The position numbers and the translations under genes are program-made. DNA of 64,000 nucleotides from Candidatus Bathyarchaeota archaeon (lineage in GTDB: Archaea > Thermoproteota > Bathyarchaeia > Bathyarchaeales > Bathycorpusculaceae): the NCBI GenBank assembly GCA_963811105.1, contig CAWEPZ010000011.1, forward strand, positions 672,001 through 736,000, read 5' to 3'. Positions 48,706-59,597 of the stretch are shown in pieces; the first letter of the stretch is position 1; each line of letters opens with the position of its first letter. Below the pieces are notes generated by a model. The model was not told where the DNA came from. It ran no database searches and saw nothing but the letters and a program-made list of their open reading frames with translations.

Positions 48706-49872
48706 GTGTCAACTCAGATGACCACCCAAGAGATAATAGAAAAAATTCTTACAAAAAACCCAGAAACAAGCCGAGAGCAAATTCAAGAGAAACTACAAGC
48801 TGAAAAAACTCGAACAGGTGGTCTGCTCAGTGATGAAACGCTTCTAAGGTTAATCGCTGCCAGATATGGCGTCGAAGTGCAGCAAAACACAATTAACAAT
48901 AATGGAACCCTCTCCACAAGCCGTTTGTTCGCTGGTTTGTACGACGTGACGGTTGCTGGTCGAGTAATTGCGGTTTTCCCAGTAAAAACTTTTGAAGGAG
49001 AAAAACCCGGCAAGTTCGCTAGTCTTATAATTGCTGACAAAGATGGTGTACTGCGAGTGATGTTATGGAATGATAAGGCTGATTTGATTGAGAGGGGCGA
49101 ATTGAAGGTTGGACAGGCGGTTCGGCTTTTACATGGTTACACGCGGCAAGATTTGTACGGTAAAGTTGAATTACATCTTGGCGGAAAAAGCCAAATTGAA
49201 GTGGAGGCTCAAGAAAAAGCCTATGATTATCCGCCTATAGAAAAATTCGCCACAAAAATAATCTCCCTTAATAAAACATCTGGAAACGTACATCTTTCCG
49301 GTACTGTAAAAACGGTTTTAGGTTTAACCAAATTCACTCGAAACGAGCAAAACGATGGGGCAGTCATGAGATTTACTCTGACGGATGATTCGGGAGAAGT
49401 GACGGTCGTTGCTTGGAACGAAAAAGCGTTAGAACTAGAAAAAACACTTAGGGCGAACACATGTTTGCAATTAGGTAATGTTAAAGTGAAAGAAACCACA
49501 AACGGTAGCATAGAAGTCCACGTTGACTTCACCAGCTTCGTTAACGTTCAAACAGCTGCAATGCAGTTTACTAAAATAGCCAACTTAATTGAGAACCAAA
49601 GCGTCAACGTCCAAGGAATAGTTTCAGCAGTTCTTGAAAGCAAAGAAGTAACAACAGCGAAAGGCGAAACAATTAAGCTGATGGTTTTTGATCTCAAAGA
49701 CGATACAGCCACAGTAAAAGTTTCAGCTTGGCGGGAACATGCAGAAACCTTGAGTGGATTAAAGGTGGGTGATAAGTTGCTTTTAGAGAATGTATTTGTG
49801 AAAAAGGGGTTTGGAGATAAAATAGAGTTGTCCACGAGGAGCGCAACGGTTGCTTCGGTTTTGCCAACTTAA
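48706..49872 (+). CDS. Replication protein A / multi-OB-fold ssDNA-binding protein
   Basis: GGLLSDETLL N-domain and three OB folds (D.xG..xV..W). Confidence 0.88.
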   Translation: MSTQMTTQEIIEKILTKNPETSREQIQEKLQAEKTRTGGLLSDETLLRLIAARYGVEVQQNTINNNGTLSTSRLFAGLYDVTVAGRVIAVFPVKTFEGEKPGKFASLIIADKDGVLRVMLWNDKADLIERGELKVGQAVRLLHGYTRQDLYGKVELHLGGKSQIEVEAQEKAYDYPPIEKFATKIISLNKTSGNVHLSGTVKTVLGLTKFTRNEQNDGAVMRFTLTDDSGEVTVVAWNEKALELEKTLRANTCLQLGNVKVKETTNGSIEVHVDFTSFVNVQTAAMQFTKIANLIENQSVNVQGIVSAVLESKEVTTAKGETIKLMVFDLKDDTATVKVSAWREHAETLSGLKVGDKLLLENVFVKKGFGDKIELSTRSATVASVLPT

Positions 49873-50345
49873 ATTTTCTCTTTTGGACTAGCGCAGTATT
49901 TTTCGCAGTATGAGTCGGAAGTTGGGAAAACGGCCTTTACCCGCTCAAGACGCTTTTGAGAGTTAATTTTCTGTTCAAGCGCGACAAGGTTTTTTGGTTT
50001 GCTGAACTGTTCAATTTTGCCGTTTTCTCGTGTGCGCTTGATTTTTATGCAGTCATCAACCATGCAGCTAAGCACGCAGGCTCCGCAATAAACGCATAAG
50101 TCTTCGGTTATTCCTACTTCACCTGTTTTCCAGTACAAAGCATTAGTTGGGCAAGCTTTAACGCACAATTTGCATTGCACACCAACACATGTGTACTTGT
50201 TAACGCTTATACTTCCTTCTCTGAAGAGTTCTTTTACCCCTGTTGGCTCCAAAAGTTCTTGCCTACGCTTCTTTTTTGCCTCCTCTGAGCTATCTTCTGA
50301 TAATAAGCTAAATATGTCAACCGAAGAAGCACTCTTTGCAGGCAT
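49869..50345 (-). CDS. 4Fe-4S dicluster domain protein
   Basis: CVGVQCKLCVKACP and CVYCGACVLSC. Confidence 0.85.
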   Translation of the reverse strand: MPAKSASSVDIFSLLSEDSSEEAKKKRRQELLEPTGVKELFREGSISVNKYTCVGVQCKLCVKACPTNALYWKTGEVGITEDLCVYCGACVLSCMVDDCIKIKRTRENGKIEQFSKPKNLVALEQKINSQKRLERVKAVFPTSDSYCEKYCASPKEKI

Positions 50346-50539
50346 CTAACGTAACCACAGTTAACTGTTCTACTCAGAAATACCTTCCATGAATTATAAT
50401 ACTTATCTTATGATTTTGACGATATTGCCATCAAAATCGAATTAATTTATTATCACATGATATTTGAATGCTAAAACCTAATTACAGCCACTTAACACTT
50501 GAGTTTTTGATTGTGACCTAATCGGCTGGAGAAGTTGAC

Positions 50540-51499
50540 GTGGGCAAACTCAAATTCGGCGTATTTCTTCCATTCTACATGCTACAATCCAAAGGCATAA
50601 AACCGACCGAACGTTTCAACACTATTCGAGATATTGTTTTGGAAAGTGAAAAGTTAGGATACCACTCCGTTTGGTTAGATGACCACTTAATGTATAACGA
50701 TTGGCCTATTCTTGAGTCCTGGACAACGCTATCAGCACTCTCCTCCTTAACCAGCAAGGTGCGGTTGGGAACAATGGTTGCCTGCAGCACACACAGGAAT
50801 CCTGCTCTGCTTGCAAAGATGGCTGCCACTCTGGATGTTATTTCGGGCGGCAGGTTAGAGTTAGGAATTGGAGCAGGAGTCCAAGAAAATGAGCATACGG
50901 CTTATGGATTTGGTTTTCCTAAGCATAAAGTCCGTGTTGCGATTTTGGGTGAGGCTTTGGATGTAATAAAACATCTTTGGATGGAAAAGAAGGCAAACTA
51001 CCAAGGTAAACACTACATATTGAAAGGTGCAGCTTGTGAGCCTAAACCTTTGCAGAAACCGCATCCGCCAATAACCGTGGGTGGAAGCAGTGAGTTGTTG
51101 ATGCAGAAAGTAACTGCGCCTTGTGCTGACAGGTTTGATTGGGGTCTATTGCCAATTGAAGTGTATAAGCGTAGACTTGAAGTCTTAGAGAATCAATGTG
51201 AAGCGATTGGTAGGGATTTTAGTGAGATTGAACGGTCATGCTGGCCAAGCGGCCAAATTCTAATAACGGAGAATAAGCGAGAGCTGGATGAAAAGATAAC
51301 TCAGCTAAAGCCCGCAAATCTTAGCTTGGAAAGTTTCAGGAAGACTACTTTGGCGGGTACAGCAGAAGAATGCTTGGACCAGATGGAGGTTTACAGGGAT
51401 TTGGGTGTTACCTTTTTCATGCTTTATTTTGCTGATTTCCCAAAATTAGATAGTATAAGGTTATTTGCACGAGAAATTGTTAAAAGAGGAGTCGGTTAG
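50540..51499 (+). CDS. LLM-class (probably F420-dependent) oxidoreductase
   Basis: SVWLDDH, RNPALLAKMAATLDVISGGRLELGIGAG, PKPLQKPHPPITVGG. Confidence 0.9.
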   Translation: MGKLKFGVFLPFYMLQSKGIKPTERFNTIRDIVLESEKLGYHSVWLDDHLMYNDWPILESWTTLSALSSLTSKVRLGTMVACSTHRNPALLAKMAATLDVISGGRLELGIGAGVQENEHTAYGFGFPKHKVRVAILGEALDVIKHLWMEKKANYQGKHYILKGAACEPKPLQKPHPPITVGGSSELLMQKVTAPCADRFDWGLLPIEVYKRRLEVLENQCEAIGRDFSEIERSCWPSGQILITENKRELDEKITQLKPANLSLESFRKTTLAGTAEECLDQMEVYRDLGVTFFMLYFADFPKLDSIRLFAREIVKRGVG

Positions 51500-51846
51500 A
51501 GGTCGCCTCTAGCTATATGCTCTAATTCATGAACAATAATCTCATCCAATTCATGATAAGAGTTCTTCCTGATCAAAATAATGTATTCGGCATCTTCGTT
51601 TTTTTCCGCGTTGAATACACATGCGTCCGTGCCCGTTGTTGAAAGTACTCTACCCCACTCATATAGCTCTCGAAGGTCATCTTCTGGACATCGTCTATGG
51701 TCAATTATTTTGTTAAAGTCTTCATCGCTTAGCTTTAGTACTTTAATCTTAGGCAATGGCTTGTTAGAAAGATTTTTCCATGCTTTAGCAAGCTTTTTTT
51801 CATGTATATGCTTAGCATTCATTTTCAAGCCTTCAGCTATAACCAT
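51496..51846 (-). CDS. Small hypothetical protein with a C-terminal HExxH motif
   Basis: IIVHELEHIARGD. Confidence 0.6.
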   Translation of the reverse strand: MVIAEGLKMNAKHIHEKKLAKAWKNLSNKPLPKIKVLKLSDEDFNKIIDHRRCPEDDLRELYEWGRVLSTTGTDACVFNAEKNEDAEYIILIRKNSYHELDEIIVHELEHIARGDL

Positions 51847-52013
51847 TTAAACGCTTCCGATCTATTTTTTGGTTCTCTCTAAAAAACCAGTAAAACTGAT
51901 TCCAACAAGAGTTATAAAAAATAAGAGTTTTTGACGTAAAAGAGTTTGCAGTAGTTATGCCACAACCACAACCTTAGCAAAGTTAACATTCTGCCAGAGT
52001 CTCCAACGAATTA

Positions 52014-52607
52014 TTATTTTTCTTGTTTAAGCCAGTTTGCCAAAAAGACTTGGTTGGTGTTTCCAGTCTTTTCAAGAGAAACGATGCCTCTATCAGCTAA
52101 GCGGGCAATGATTCTGTGGGTTTTTAGTCGGCTTAAGCCGGTTTCATTTCTTATGTATTTTTGGAGATATTTTCCGTTATGGGCATTGAGTACGTTGATT
52201 ATTTTGCGTTCTTCCTCGGTTAAGGTTTTCGAAACGGCGTTGTAGGGTGAGGTTTCGCTTGACGCTTGGGGGCTTAGGATTTTGAATGTTGGTTGGGGTT
52301 GTACTGCAATGATTCTTATTTGTGGGTACAGAAGGTAGTAAGCTAAACCAACGATTCCAAAGATTGTCAGACCAATCATGACAACGAATGAGACTTCAAA
52401 ATAAGATATCAATGGGTTGGTAGTAGTCTGTGTCGTTTGAGTTTGCCCCATCATGCTACCCGTACCGCCTGTTCCTCCCAACATCTGGCTCATCCATCCA
52501 TACGGGTTTTGAGCGGAAGATAAGGTGGCGAAGCCTATTGCAGTTAGAGTTATTAAAGCTGCTATTGAAACGATTAGTATGGCTAAAAAGAGATTAACTC
52601 TTCGCAT
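52014..52607 (-). CDS. Membrane-anchored winged-HTH transcription regulator
   Basis: Two TM segments, then LTEEERKII...QKYIRNETGLSRLKTHRIIARLADRGIV..EKTGNTN. Confidence 0.82.
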   Translation of the reverse strand: MRRVNLFLAILIVSIAALITLTAIGFATLSSAQNPYGWMSQMLGGTGGTGSMMGQTQTTQTTTNPLISYFEVSFVVMIGLTIFGIVGLAYYLLYPQIRIIAVQPQPTFKILSPQASSETSPYNAVSKTLTEEERKIINVLNAHNGKYLQKYIRNETGLSRLKTHRIIARLADRGIVSLEKTGNTNQVFLANWLKQEK

Positions 52608-52686
52608 TTTATATCTAAATTAGACGCATATTCGTAGAATTTAAGGATTTTTGGCTATTAAACAATTTCTCCATGGAAAACACCCA

Positions 52687-52722
52687 TGAAGCGTTTCATT
52701 GAAATGTTTCAGTTTCGTTTCA
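52687..52722. promoter_or_regulatory. Tandem palindromic operator-like sites TGAAnnGTTTCA
   Basis: TGAAGCGTTTCA (52687-98), TGAAATGTTTCA (52700-11) and extra GTTTC(A) half-sites, between divergent genes. Confidence 0.5.
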
Positions 52723-52773
52723 GCGAACTATCATACCATCCTAAGACATATAGCAATGTTGAGGTGAAAAAGA

Positions 52774-53028
52774 ATGGAAAAAACAAAAGCAATCGTGCTA
52801 ATAATTGCTGCCTCAGTCCTGCTCGTCGCATTTGCAGGCATAGCATATTCGCAGATTGTCAGCGCTCAAACAGCGGGAACAGGCAATGTATCGACCCAAA
52901 CACGACAGAGCACAACTAAGGGCAACAGCTACCAAAATCCACAACAAGGATACTCCCCCTATGGGCCCCAATACGAAGATCCGTATGGTTACAGATTAGG
53001 CATGGGCATGTGTCGACACTTCTATTAA
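52774..53028 (+). CDS. Small secreted or membrane-anchored protein
   Basis: GAGGTG RBS; signal-like N-terminus; Y/P/G-rich tail ending GMGMCRHFY. Confidence 0.7.
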   Translation: MEKTKAIVLIIAASVLLVAFAGIAYSQIVSAQTAGTGNVSTQTRQSTTKGNSYQNPQQGYSPYGPQYEDPYGYRLGMGMCRHFY

Positions 53029-53168
53029 ATAGCGGATATGCCCTAACCCGTTTCTTTATCTTTATGTTTTCGTAAATCAAGGCTTGTTTGAAAAAAGCTT
53101 CTCAAGGAAAGCTTTCTGCTAATTGAATTCTCTAGCATACGGCTGCCCTTTTAGCCTGCACGTCAAGT

Positions 53169-54818
53169 TTATTCAGATGCCGTTGGCGTGTACCTGCTTA
53201 AGTAGCCCTTAGAGATTTTTGGTTTCCGAGGCTTCCATGCAGCTAAGCGTTCTTCAAGCTCCTTGTCTGACAGCTCAACTTTTAGAATCCTGTTAGGTAT
53301 ATCTATAGTTATTTCGTCGCCATTTCTTAGAGTTGCTATGGGTCCTCCGTCGAAGGCTTCTGGGGCGACGTGTCCAATGCATGGTCCACGGGTGGCTCCT
53401 GAAAATCTTCCGTCGGTTATAAGTGCTACGCTTTCGCTTAAGCCCATGCCTGCTATGGTGGCTGTGGGTATGAGCATTTCAGGCATTCCCGGTCCGCCTT
53501 TTGGTCCTTCATAACGAATAACGACCACATCGCCTGCGACAACTTCATTTCGTTTCATGGCTGATTGCGCTTCACGCTCTGAATCGTAAACCTTTGCGGG
53601 ACCTTTATGCTTAAGCATCTTCGGCGAAACCGCAGCCATCTTTACTACTGCTCCTTTTGGAGCCAAGTTGCCTTTGAGTATGGCAACCCCACCTTCTTTG
53701 TGAACTGGGTTATCGAGAGGTCGAATCACTTCAGCATTTATTACTTTAGCTTGAGCAACGTTTTCGCCAACAGTTTTAGTTGTAACTGTCAAAGCGTCGT
53801 AATGTATGAATGGTCGAAGCTCGTTTATCAGTGCGGGTAAGCCGCCTGCGTTGCCCAGGTCTGACATGTCAAAAGCGCCGCTTGGAACCATGCTGCATAA
53901 ATGCGGCACTTTACGTCCTATTTTATCGTAGGTTGCGAGGTTAAGTTTGGCTCCTGCCTCGTTAGCAATAGCAGAAAGATGCAAAACCGAGTTTGTTGAA
54001 CCTCCAAGAGCCATATCTACTGCCGCAGCGTTTTCAAAAGCGTTCTGAGTCATAATTTGCGATGGCTTGATATCTTTCTTAACAAGCTCAACAATTTTTG
54101 CGCCTGTTTCTTTAGCAATTCTCTGTTTTAAAGCTCCATTTGCCAAAGCGGTTGCGCAGTAGGGAAGCGACATGCCTAACGCTTCTGTTAAGCACGCCAT
54201 AGTATTTGCTGTGAACATGCCGTTGCATGAACCGCAACCTGGACATGCTACGTTCTCCAGTTTTGTTGATTCTGCCTCTGTCATTTTGCCAGCGAAGACT
54301 TTGCCGACTGCTTCAAAAACGTTGTTGACACCGACTTTTTGTCCGTCCAATATACCTGACTCCATGGGTCCACCAGTGACTGATATTGCTGGGACGTTTA
54401 GTCTTGCAGCTGCCATTAGCATACCTGGGGTGACTTTGTCACAGTTTGATATGAGCACCATACCATCCAGACGGTGGGCTTGCATCATTATTTCTACTGA
54501 GTCAGCGATTAATTCGCGGCTCGGAAGTGAATACCGCATACCTTCGTGACCCATGGCTATGCCGTCACATACCGCTATTGTATTGAATTCGAATGGTGTT
54601 CCGCCAGCTTCAAGAATGCCTTCTTTTACGGCTTCACCTAAAGCTCTAAGATGAACATGACCTGGAACTATAGACGTGTAACTGTTAGCTATTCCAATAA
54701 ATGGTTTAGCCATATCTTGATCTGTTAAACCTAAACTTTTCAGCAGAGCTCTATGTGGGGCCCGCTCGATTCCCTTCTTTATCTCGTCACTTCTCATCCC
54801 AATTTTACCTCTGTGCAT
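53169..54818 (-). CDS. ilvD: Dihydroxy-acid dehydratase
   Basis: [39 protein letters not shown]. Confidence 0.97.
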   Translation of the reverse strand: MHRGKIGMRSDEIKKGIERAPHRALLKSLGLTDQDMAKPFIGIANSYTSIVPGHVHLRALGEAVKEGILEAGGTPFEFNTIAVCDGIAMGHEGMRYSLPSRELIADSVEIMMQAHRLDGMVLISNCDKVTPGMLMAAARLNVPAISVTGGPMESGILDGQKVGVNNVFEAVGKVFAGKMTEAESTKLENVACPGCGSCNGMFTANTMACLTEALGMSLPYCATALANGALKQRIAKETGAKIVELVKKDIKPSQIMTQNAFENAAAVDMALGGSTNSVLHLSAIANEAGAKLNLATYDKIGRKVPHLCSMVPSGAFDMSDLGNAGGLPALINELRPFIHYDALTVTTKTVGENVAQAKVINAEVIRPLDNPVHKEGGVAILKGNLAPKGAVVKMAAVSPKMLKHKGPAKVYDSEREAQSAMKRNEVVAGDVVVIRYEGPKGGPGMPEMLIPTATIAGMGLSESVALITDGRFSGATRGPCIGHVAPEAFDGGPIATLRNGDEITIDIPNRILKVELSDKELEERLAAWKPRKPKISKGYLSRYTPTASE

Positions 54819-55260
54819 TTTAAGTCACCGATAATTTTATATTTAAAGATATTTCTAAAGCAAAGATTTTTGTTTTTAATATTTGATGCTTCAGCAAATA
54901 CCATGTTTTTCACCTTCTTTTTTTAATCTCTAACTGACTTTTTTAGGTCGCTTTTTAAGGGCTAAAATATCAAAGGTGGTAGAGGCATTCTGAGAAGGGT
55001 TCACTCTTTATGTTTCTTTTTAGAATGTCCGTCAACAGAAAGTCGTCTCATGATTTTCTTTTTTTCCATTTGAGTATACACCGTTCCAAGTGACCTTAAA
55101 GTATTCACTTATTTTTTGGCTACCGTAATTTTCTTTTTGAATTGCTTTGCATTCTTCTTTTCCAAATATCTCTATCTCTTTTTTATAGTGTATATTTTTT
55201 GACTTTGCTTAAAAGCTTTAAACCAGCTCTCATGCCTAATTTTCTTGCTCTTGATTCTTC

Positions 55261-55701
55261 TTACGTAGTGTAAGATACGCATGTTAAATTAGTTTGATGA
55301 GGCGTTACGTTATAAGCAGAAACCAACATTACAAGAATGAAAGTATTTCCCGTTCTTTCAATGCTAATGCTTTCGTATAAGCCATTGTTTAAAGCAACAG
55401 ATGGCATAAAAGTACTAAGGTAACCTAAAAATGTCGTTTCAGAGACCGCAGTTAGGTTACTGTAAGTAGCTTTAAACTGAGCAAAAGCTGTGGAACTATC
55501 ATTTCGATAGAAATTAGGAACTGCAACGTCTGGTGGTGCTTGATAATTTTTGATAAGATCTTTTATGTGTAGTTCTAATGAGTCTGCTTTTGCCTTTGCA
55601 TCTGTGCTGTTATTCATGATAAATGACTGAAATAACAATGCAGCTATGATTATAGTCAAAGCTATGATTACACCTATTATGGTTAATATTTTCTTATTCA
55701 T
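55261..55701 (-). CDS. Hypothetical protein with N-terminal TM anchor
   Basis: Likely start MNKKILTIIGVIIAL within ORF 55261-55887; AT-rich context. Confidence 0.55.
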   Translation of the reverse strand: MNKKILTIIGVIIALTIIIAALLFQSFIMNNSTDAKAKADSLELHIKDLIKNYQAPPDVAVPNFYRNDSSTAFAQFKATYSNLTAVSETTFLGYLSTFMPSVALNNGLYESISIERTGNTFILVMLVSAYNVTPHQTNLTCVSYTT

Positions 55702-55840
55702 TTGTTTCACCAAATAATAGGTAGTTAAGTTATTATTGCTTATTAATTCCGTTTCTTTATAATACTTGCCATTTGTTTCGACTTTGCTAAAAGATTTTAG
55801 AACCAGCTTTGGATGCATCGTAAAGAAAGATAGTTGGAGA

Positions 55841-56145
55841 CTATCCAAAAATCCGTGTTTTTTGTTCAACAATTTTCTTTGTTTCATAGATAATTCTCAA
55901 GGCATACACTTTGTTAAAAACGACCAGAATTAGAAACATGATAAATGTAAAATTATAGGTATTATAGGTTCCAAAATTATTTTGTAAAGTTATTGAAAAT
56001 AAACCCCAATTCCCTTTCAAACCATAATCGCTAAAAAGATGCCAATTTGTTTGGTCTATTTGGGCATAAGTAATAATTCCGAAAATATTAAAAACAATTA
56101 AAAGAAGCCATTTTTATAAAGCATCTTAAGCGTTTCGTTGACCAA
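55841..56145 (-). pseudogene. Two-TM membrane protein with a frameshift in the A-run at 56111-56115
   Basis: MVNETLKMLYK / KWLLLIVFNIFGIITYAQ...FTFIMFLILVVF...RIFG*. Adding one A joins the frames. Confidence 0.4.
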
Positions 56146-56443
56146 GTAAATCTAAACTATTGTTATCATAATGATTTAAGATTTTTTATAGTCACATAAT
56201 TTGCTTAATCCAATTCTTAGACCTAATTACACTACAATTTGAAAACAAAGTAAGGAATTGTCCATTTTCCATTATGTTTTTAGTTCCTCTATAACCACAT
56301 TTAGGGCATTTATCTATAATTTGAGACCTCAAAGAGAAAGTCGTAACCTATTTACCTGAATCTTCAAGTCGTCAATTTGTCTTAGTATTTCTTGAATCTT
56401 AGAAAGTAAAAAGTGGAATTCAGCGTTTTCCACAGCTAGACCT

Positions 56444-56662
56444 TTAAACCGCTGTAAAATAATCGAAACCGTTAGCAGTCTGTTCGACTTTTCCGAACCC
56501 ATAAGACCATTTAGCTAGAATTTCTTTACATGTTGACGCTGAAATTTTATAAGGTTCGCCTTTAGTGACTGTGACGCATGAATCCGATTCTAGACTCACG
56601 CTCATAGCTACTCCCAATTTCGTTAAGTCAGAAACGTAATACTTTTTGTCAACGAATTTCAA
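56444..56662 (-). CDS. Hypothetical protein, possibly a fragment of a decayed gene
   Basis: 72-aa ORF; upstream frames are interrupted. Confidence 0.3.
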   Translation of the reverse strand: MKFVDKKYYVSDLTKLGVAMSVSLESDSCVTVTKGEPYKISASTCKEILAKWSYGFGKVEQTANGFDYFTAV

Positions 56663-56961
56663 AACAATGTTTGGGGCTTACGTTAGAATTTATTTCGACA
56701 TGCACATCTTGACCATAGAAGCTTTTTCTTTACGAAAGAATCTTCGGAAACAATTTCACGGACAAATACTATATGAAAATTGCTTCTCTTGAAATGCCTT
56801 CAAGCATTGTTGGCTCATATGTTTTAAGAATTATATCTCCGAACGGGTTAGTTTCAGCCCAAACTACAGGACTATTTGGGGTTTCTTGATAGATATTTAA
56901 TGCTCTAGCAAAAATCTCTAAACTAATAATTTCTTCTGGAAAAGAAACTTTATATTTAAGG

Positions 56962-58515
56962 TTGACGCCTTGGAAACAGAGTGACTTTAAATGGGGTATT
57001 GTTTTATCCAACAGCTTCCCTAAACACGTAAAATTTTTAGATACCACTTTGCGAGATGGCGAACAAACACCCGGAGTATCTCTTGTCCCTGAAAGCAAAT
57101 TGCGAATAGCCCAGAGGCTAGATGAGCTTGGTGTTGATTATATTGAGGCTGGTTTCGCGGCTGTTTCTGAAGGAGAAATGGAAGCCGTAAAGCTTATTGC
57201 TAAACAGGGTCTGAAAGCTCAGATTTCCTGTGCAGCCAGAGGAACAAAAAATGATATTGAAGCAGTGATAAAGAGCGGTGCTTCTACCATAAGCATGATT
57301 ATCCCAACATCTGATTTGCACATAGAATGTAAACTACACAAAACCCGAGAACAAATACTTCAAACTACGGATGACTGCGTGAGATATGCTAAGGACCACG
57401 GGTTGGTTGTAGAGTTTTTAGCTGAAGATGCAACACGGTCAAAATTTGATTACATGACTAAAGTTTTCCAAGCAGCCGTTGAAGCTGGCGCTGACCGGGT
57501 TATTGTATGTGACACTGTGGGAATTTTGACTCCTGAGCGGTCAGCAAAGCTCTTCTCAAAGCTTAAAAACGAAATAAAGGTTCCATTGGGTGTTCATTGC
57601 CACAATGATTTTGGTTTGGCAGTTGCTAACTCAGTTGCTGCTTTAGGCGCTGGTGCAGAAGAAGTTCATGCAACCATTAACGGTCTTGGGGAACGCGCTG
57701 GGAACGCTTCACTAGAAGAAATTATTGTTACTTTAAAATCACTGTACAAGTTAGATATTAACATAAAAACTGAGCTACTGTACGGCACATCCCAATTGGT
57801 TTCCAGATTAACCGGTGTGCATGTTCAACCTAACAAGGCTATCGTTGGCGAAAACGCTTTCACCCACGAATCAGGAATACATACTCAAGGCATGCTAACT
57901 AACCCATCCACCTATGAAGCAATTGCTCCTGAATTGGTTGGTTCTAGACGACGCATATCAGCGGGTAAACATTCAGGTTCCCATGCTATACGTGCGGATT
58001 TGCAAAGTATGGGCCTTCAGCCATCCGACGAGCAATTTAGGGATATTTTCCAACGTATAAAACAGCTTGGTGACAAAGGCAAAGCAGTCATGGATGCCGA
58101 TGTGCTTGCAATAGCTGAGAACATTATGGGTTTAAGCAGAGCTAAACCAATACGACTTGAAGAAATGACATTTGTCGGCGGCGACAAAGTAACTGCAACT
58201 GCATCCGTCCGCTTATCGTTAAACGGTAAAGAAGTTTGGGGTGCCGCAGTTGGAGTTGGACCCGTAGACGCAGCAATAAACGCAGTTAAGAACGCCATTG
58301 CTGAGGTTGAACCAATCATTTTAGAGCAATATATGGTTAAAGCGATCACCGGCGGAACCGACGCGATGGTTGAAGTTGTCGTACGCATGCGCAAAGGAAA
58401 CAGAACAGTCACAGCCATGGGAGTACGCGAAGACATCGTTAAAGCTAGCATGGAAGCAGTCCTGAGCGCCATGAACGTACTAACGACTGATTATAACAGT
58501 AATTCCAACCAGTAA
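56962..58515 (+). CDS. 2-isopropylmalate synthase / citramalate synthase (LeuA/CimA family)
   Basis: DTTLRDGEQ, HCHNDFG, GERAGNA, HESGIH, and a C-terminal regulatory domain (GVGPVDA). Exact start uncertain. Confidence 0.93.
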   Translation: MTPWKQSDFKWGIVLSNSFPKHVKFLDTTLRDGEQTPGVSLVPESKLRIAQRLDELGVDYIEAGFAAVSEGEMEAVKLIAKQGLKAQISCAARGTKNDIEAVIKSGASTISMIIPTSDLHIECKLHKTREQILQTTDDCVRYAKDHGLVVEFLAEDATRSKFDYMTKVFQAAVEAGADRVIVCDTVGILTPERSAKLFSKLKNEIKVPLGVHCHNDFGLAVANSVAALGAGAEEVHATINGLGERAGNASLEEIIVTLKSLYKLDINIKTELLYGTSQLVSRLTGVHVQPNKAIVGENAFTHESGIHTQGMLTNPSTYEAIAPELVGSRRRISAGKHSGSHAIRADLQSMGLQPSDEQFRDIFQRIKQLGDKGKAVMDADVLAIAENIMGLSRAKPIRLEEMTFVGGDKVTATASVRLSLNGKEVWGAAVGVGPVDAAINAVKNAIAEVEPIILEQYMVKAITGGTDAMVEVVVRMRKGNRTVTAMGVREDIVKASMEAVLSAMNVLTTDYNSNSNQ

Positions 58516-58567
58516 ATAACCTGACACTAGCTTAAAGATAATTAGAACTGACTCTAATGACTGCTAT

Positions 58568-59365
58568 TTATGCGCTTATTTTTGGTGGTGGTCGTACCCG
58601 CTTTCTGCCAAGCTTAACTCGCAACGCGACTCGATACAGTTTCCGAAGAGACTTCACTAGTTGCTCCAAGGTGGGCGCAGTTGAGAAAATGAGCGGTATC
58701 TGCTCGTACTCAGCTATGCGGATGGCTTCGTCGTCCGGCTTGGTTTTGTGAAAAACTATAATCCGCGGTTTTAGACTGCTTACTCGAACAATCATCATAG
58801 GCAAAGAACCAGTTTCCACGTTTGTGAAAATTAATGCACGCTCCGTGGATGCGCCAAATAGCTGCGCGTACTCTAACCCAGAATATGCTTCCACAGCTTT
58901 TCGACTATCAATAACTGTGTATCCGTTAACTTCTTTAATGTACTTATCTTTGCAGGCTACTATTTCACCGCAGATAGCCTTGCATAAGTACTCAACCCGA
59001 ACCGGAATTGGAAACTCGCGCAAATCCACAATAGCCATGCTAGGTGAGCTCGTTAGTTTTGCGAATTCCCTTATAAAGCGGCTTCCTTTCGTTTCATCGA
59101 TGTGCAAAAGCGAGAGCACAAATCTTCGAATGAATTTAGCACCAGGACTTTCACGTCGCCCACTTTCATAGTCACTAATAACCCCTGAAGACGACAAACC
59201 CATCGTCTCAGAAAGTGTCATTTGGGAAACAGCAAAAAGCTCTCGCCATTTGCGCATCGTAGCGCCTGGTTTACCTGAAAGAATTATTTCTCCAGCAATT
59301 CTTCTGGCCAATACTTCTCTGAGGCTAGGCGATACTGACACGAAAGTAAACTCTCCAGCTTGCAC
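58568..59365 (-). CDS. Archaeal XRE-HTH transcription regulator with a DRTGG-like C-terminal region
   Basis: IAGEIILS..PG.TMRKWRE.F, VISDYESGRR.SPG, ERALIFT.V.TG..PM..VRV. Confidence 0.8.
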   Translation of the reverse strand: MQAGEFTFVSVSPSLREVLARRIAGEIILSGKPGATMRKWRELFAVSQMTLSETMGLSSSGVISDYESGRRESPGAKFIRRFVLSLLHIDETKGSRFIREFAKLTSSPSMAIVDLREFPIPVRVEYLCKAICGEIVACKDKYIKEVNGYTVIDSRKAVEAYSGLEYAQLFGASTERALIFTNVETGSLPMMIVRVSSLKPRIIVFHKTKPDDEAIRIAEYEQIPLIFSTAPTLEQLVKSLRKLYRVALRVKLGRKRVRPPPKISA

Positions 59366-59597
59366 TGTTCCTTAATGTTGGGGATATAAAACTATAACGC
59401 TTTCTTGAATTAAATAGGCAATTAACGATTCTTTGGAGCGCAGTTTCATGATAAAGTTTACTGCTGATATGTATGCATTATTTTTCATCTTTGCTTTAGT
59501 GTCAAATTCTATTTAGGTAACTATGAATTGAGTTTATAAGGAAGTTTCACGTAGATATGCAGAACTACCGCACAACTATAAAAAGGAGTGAAAATAT

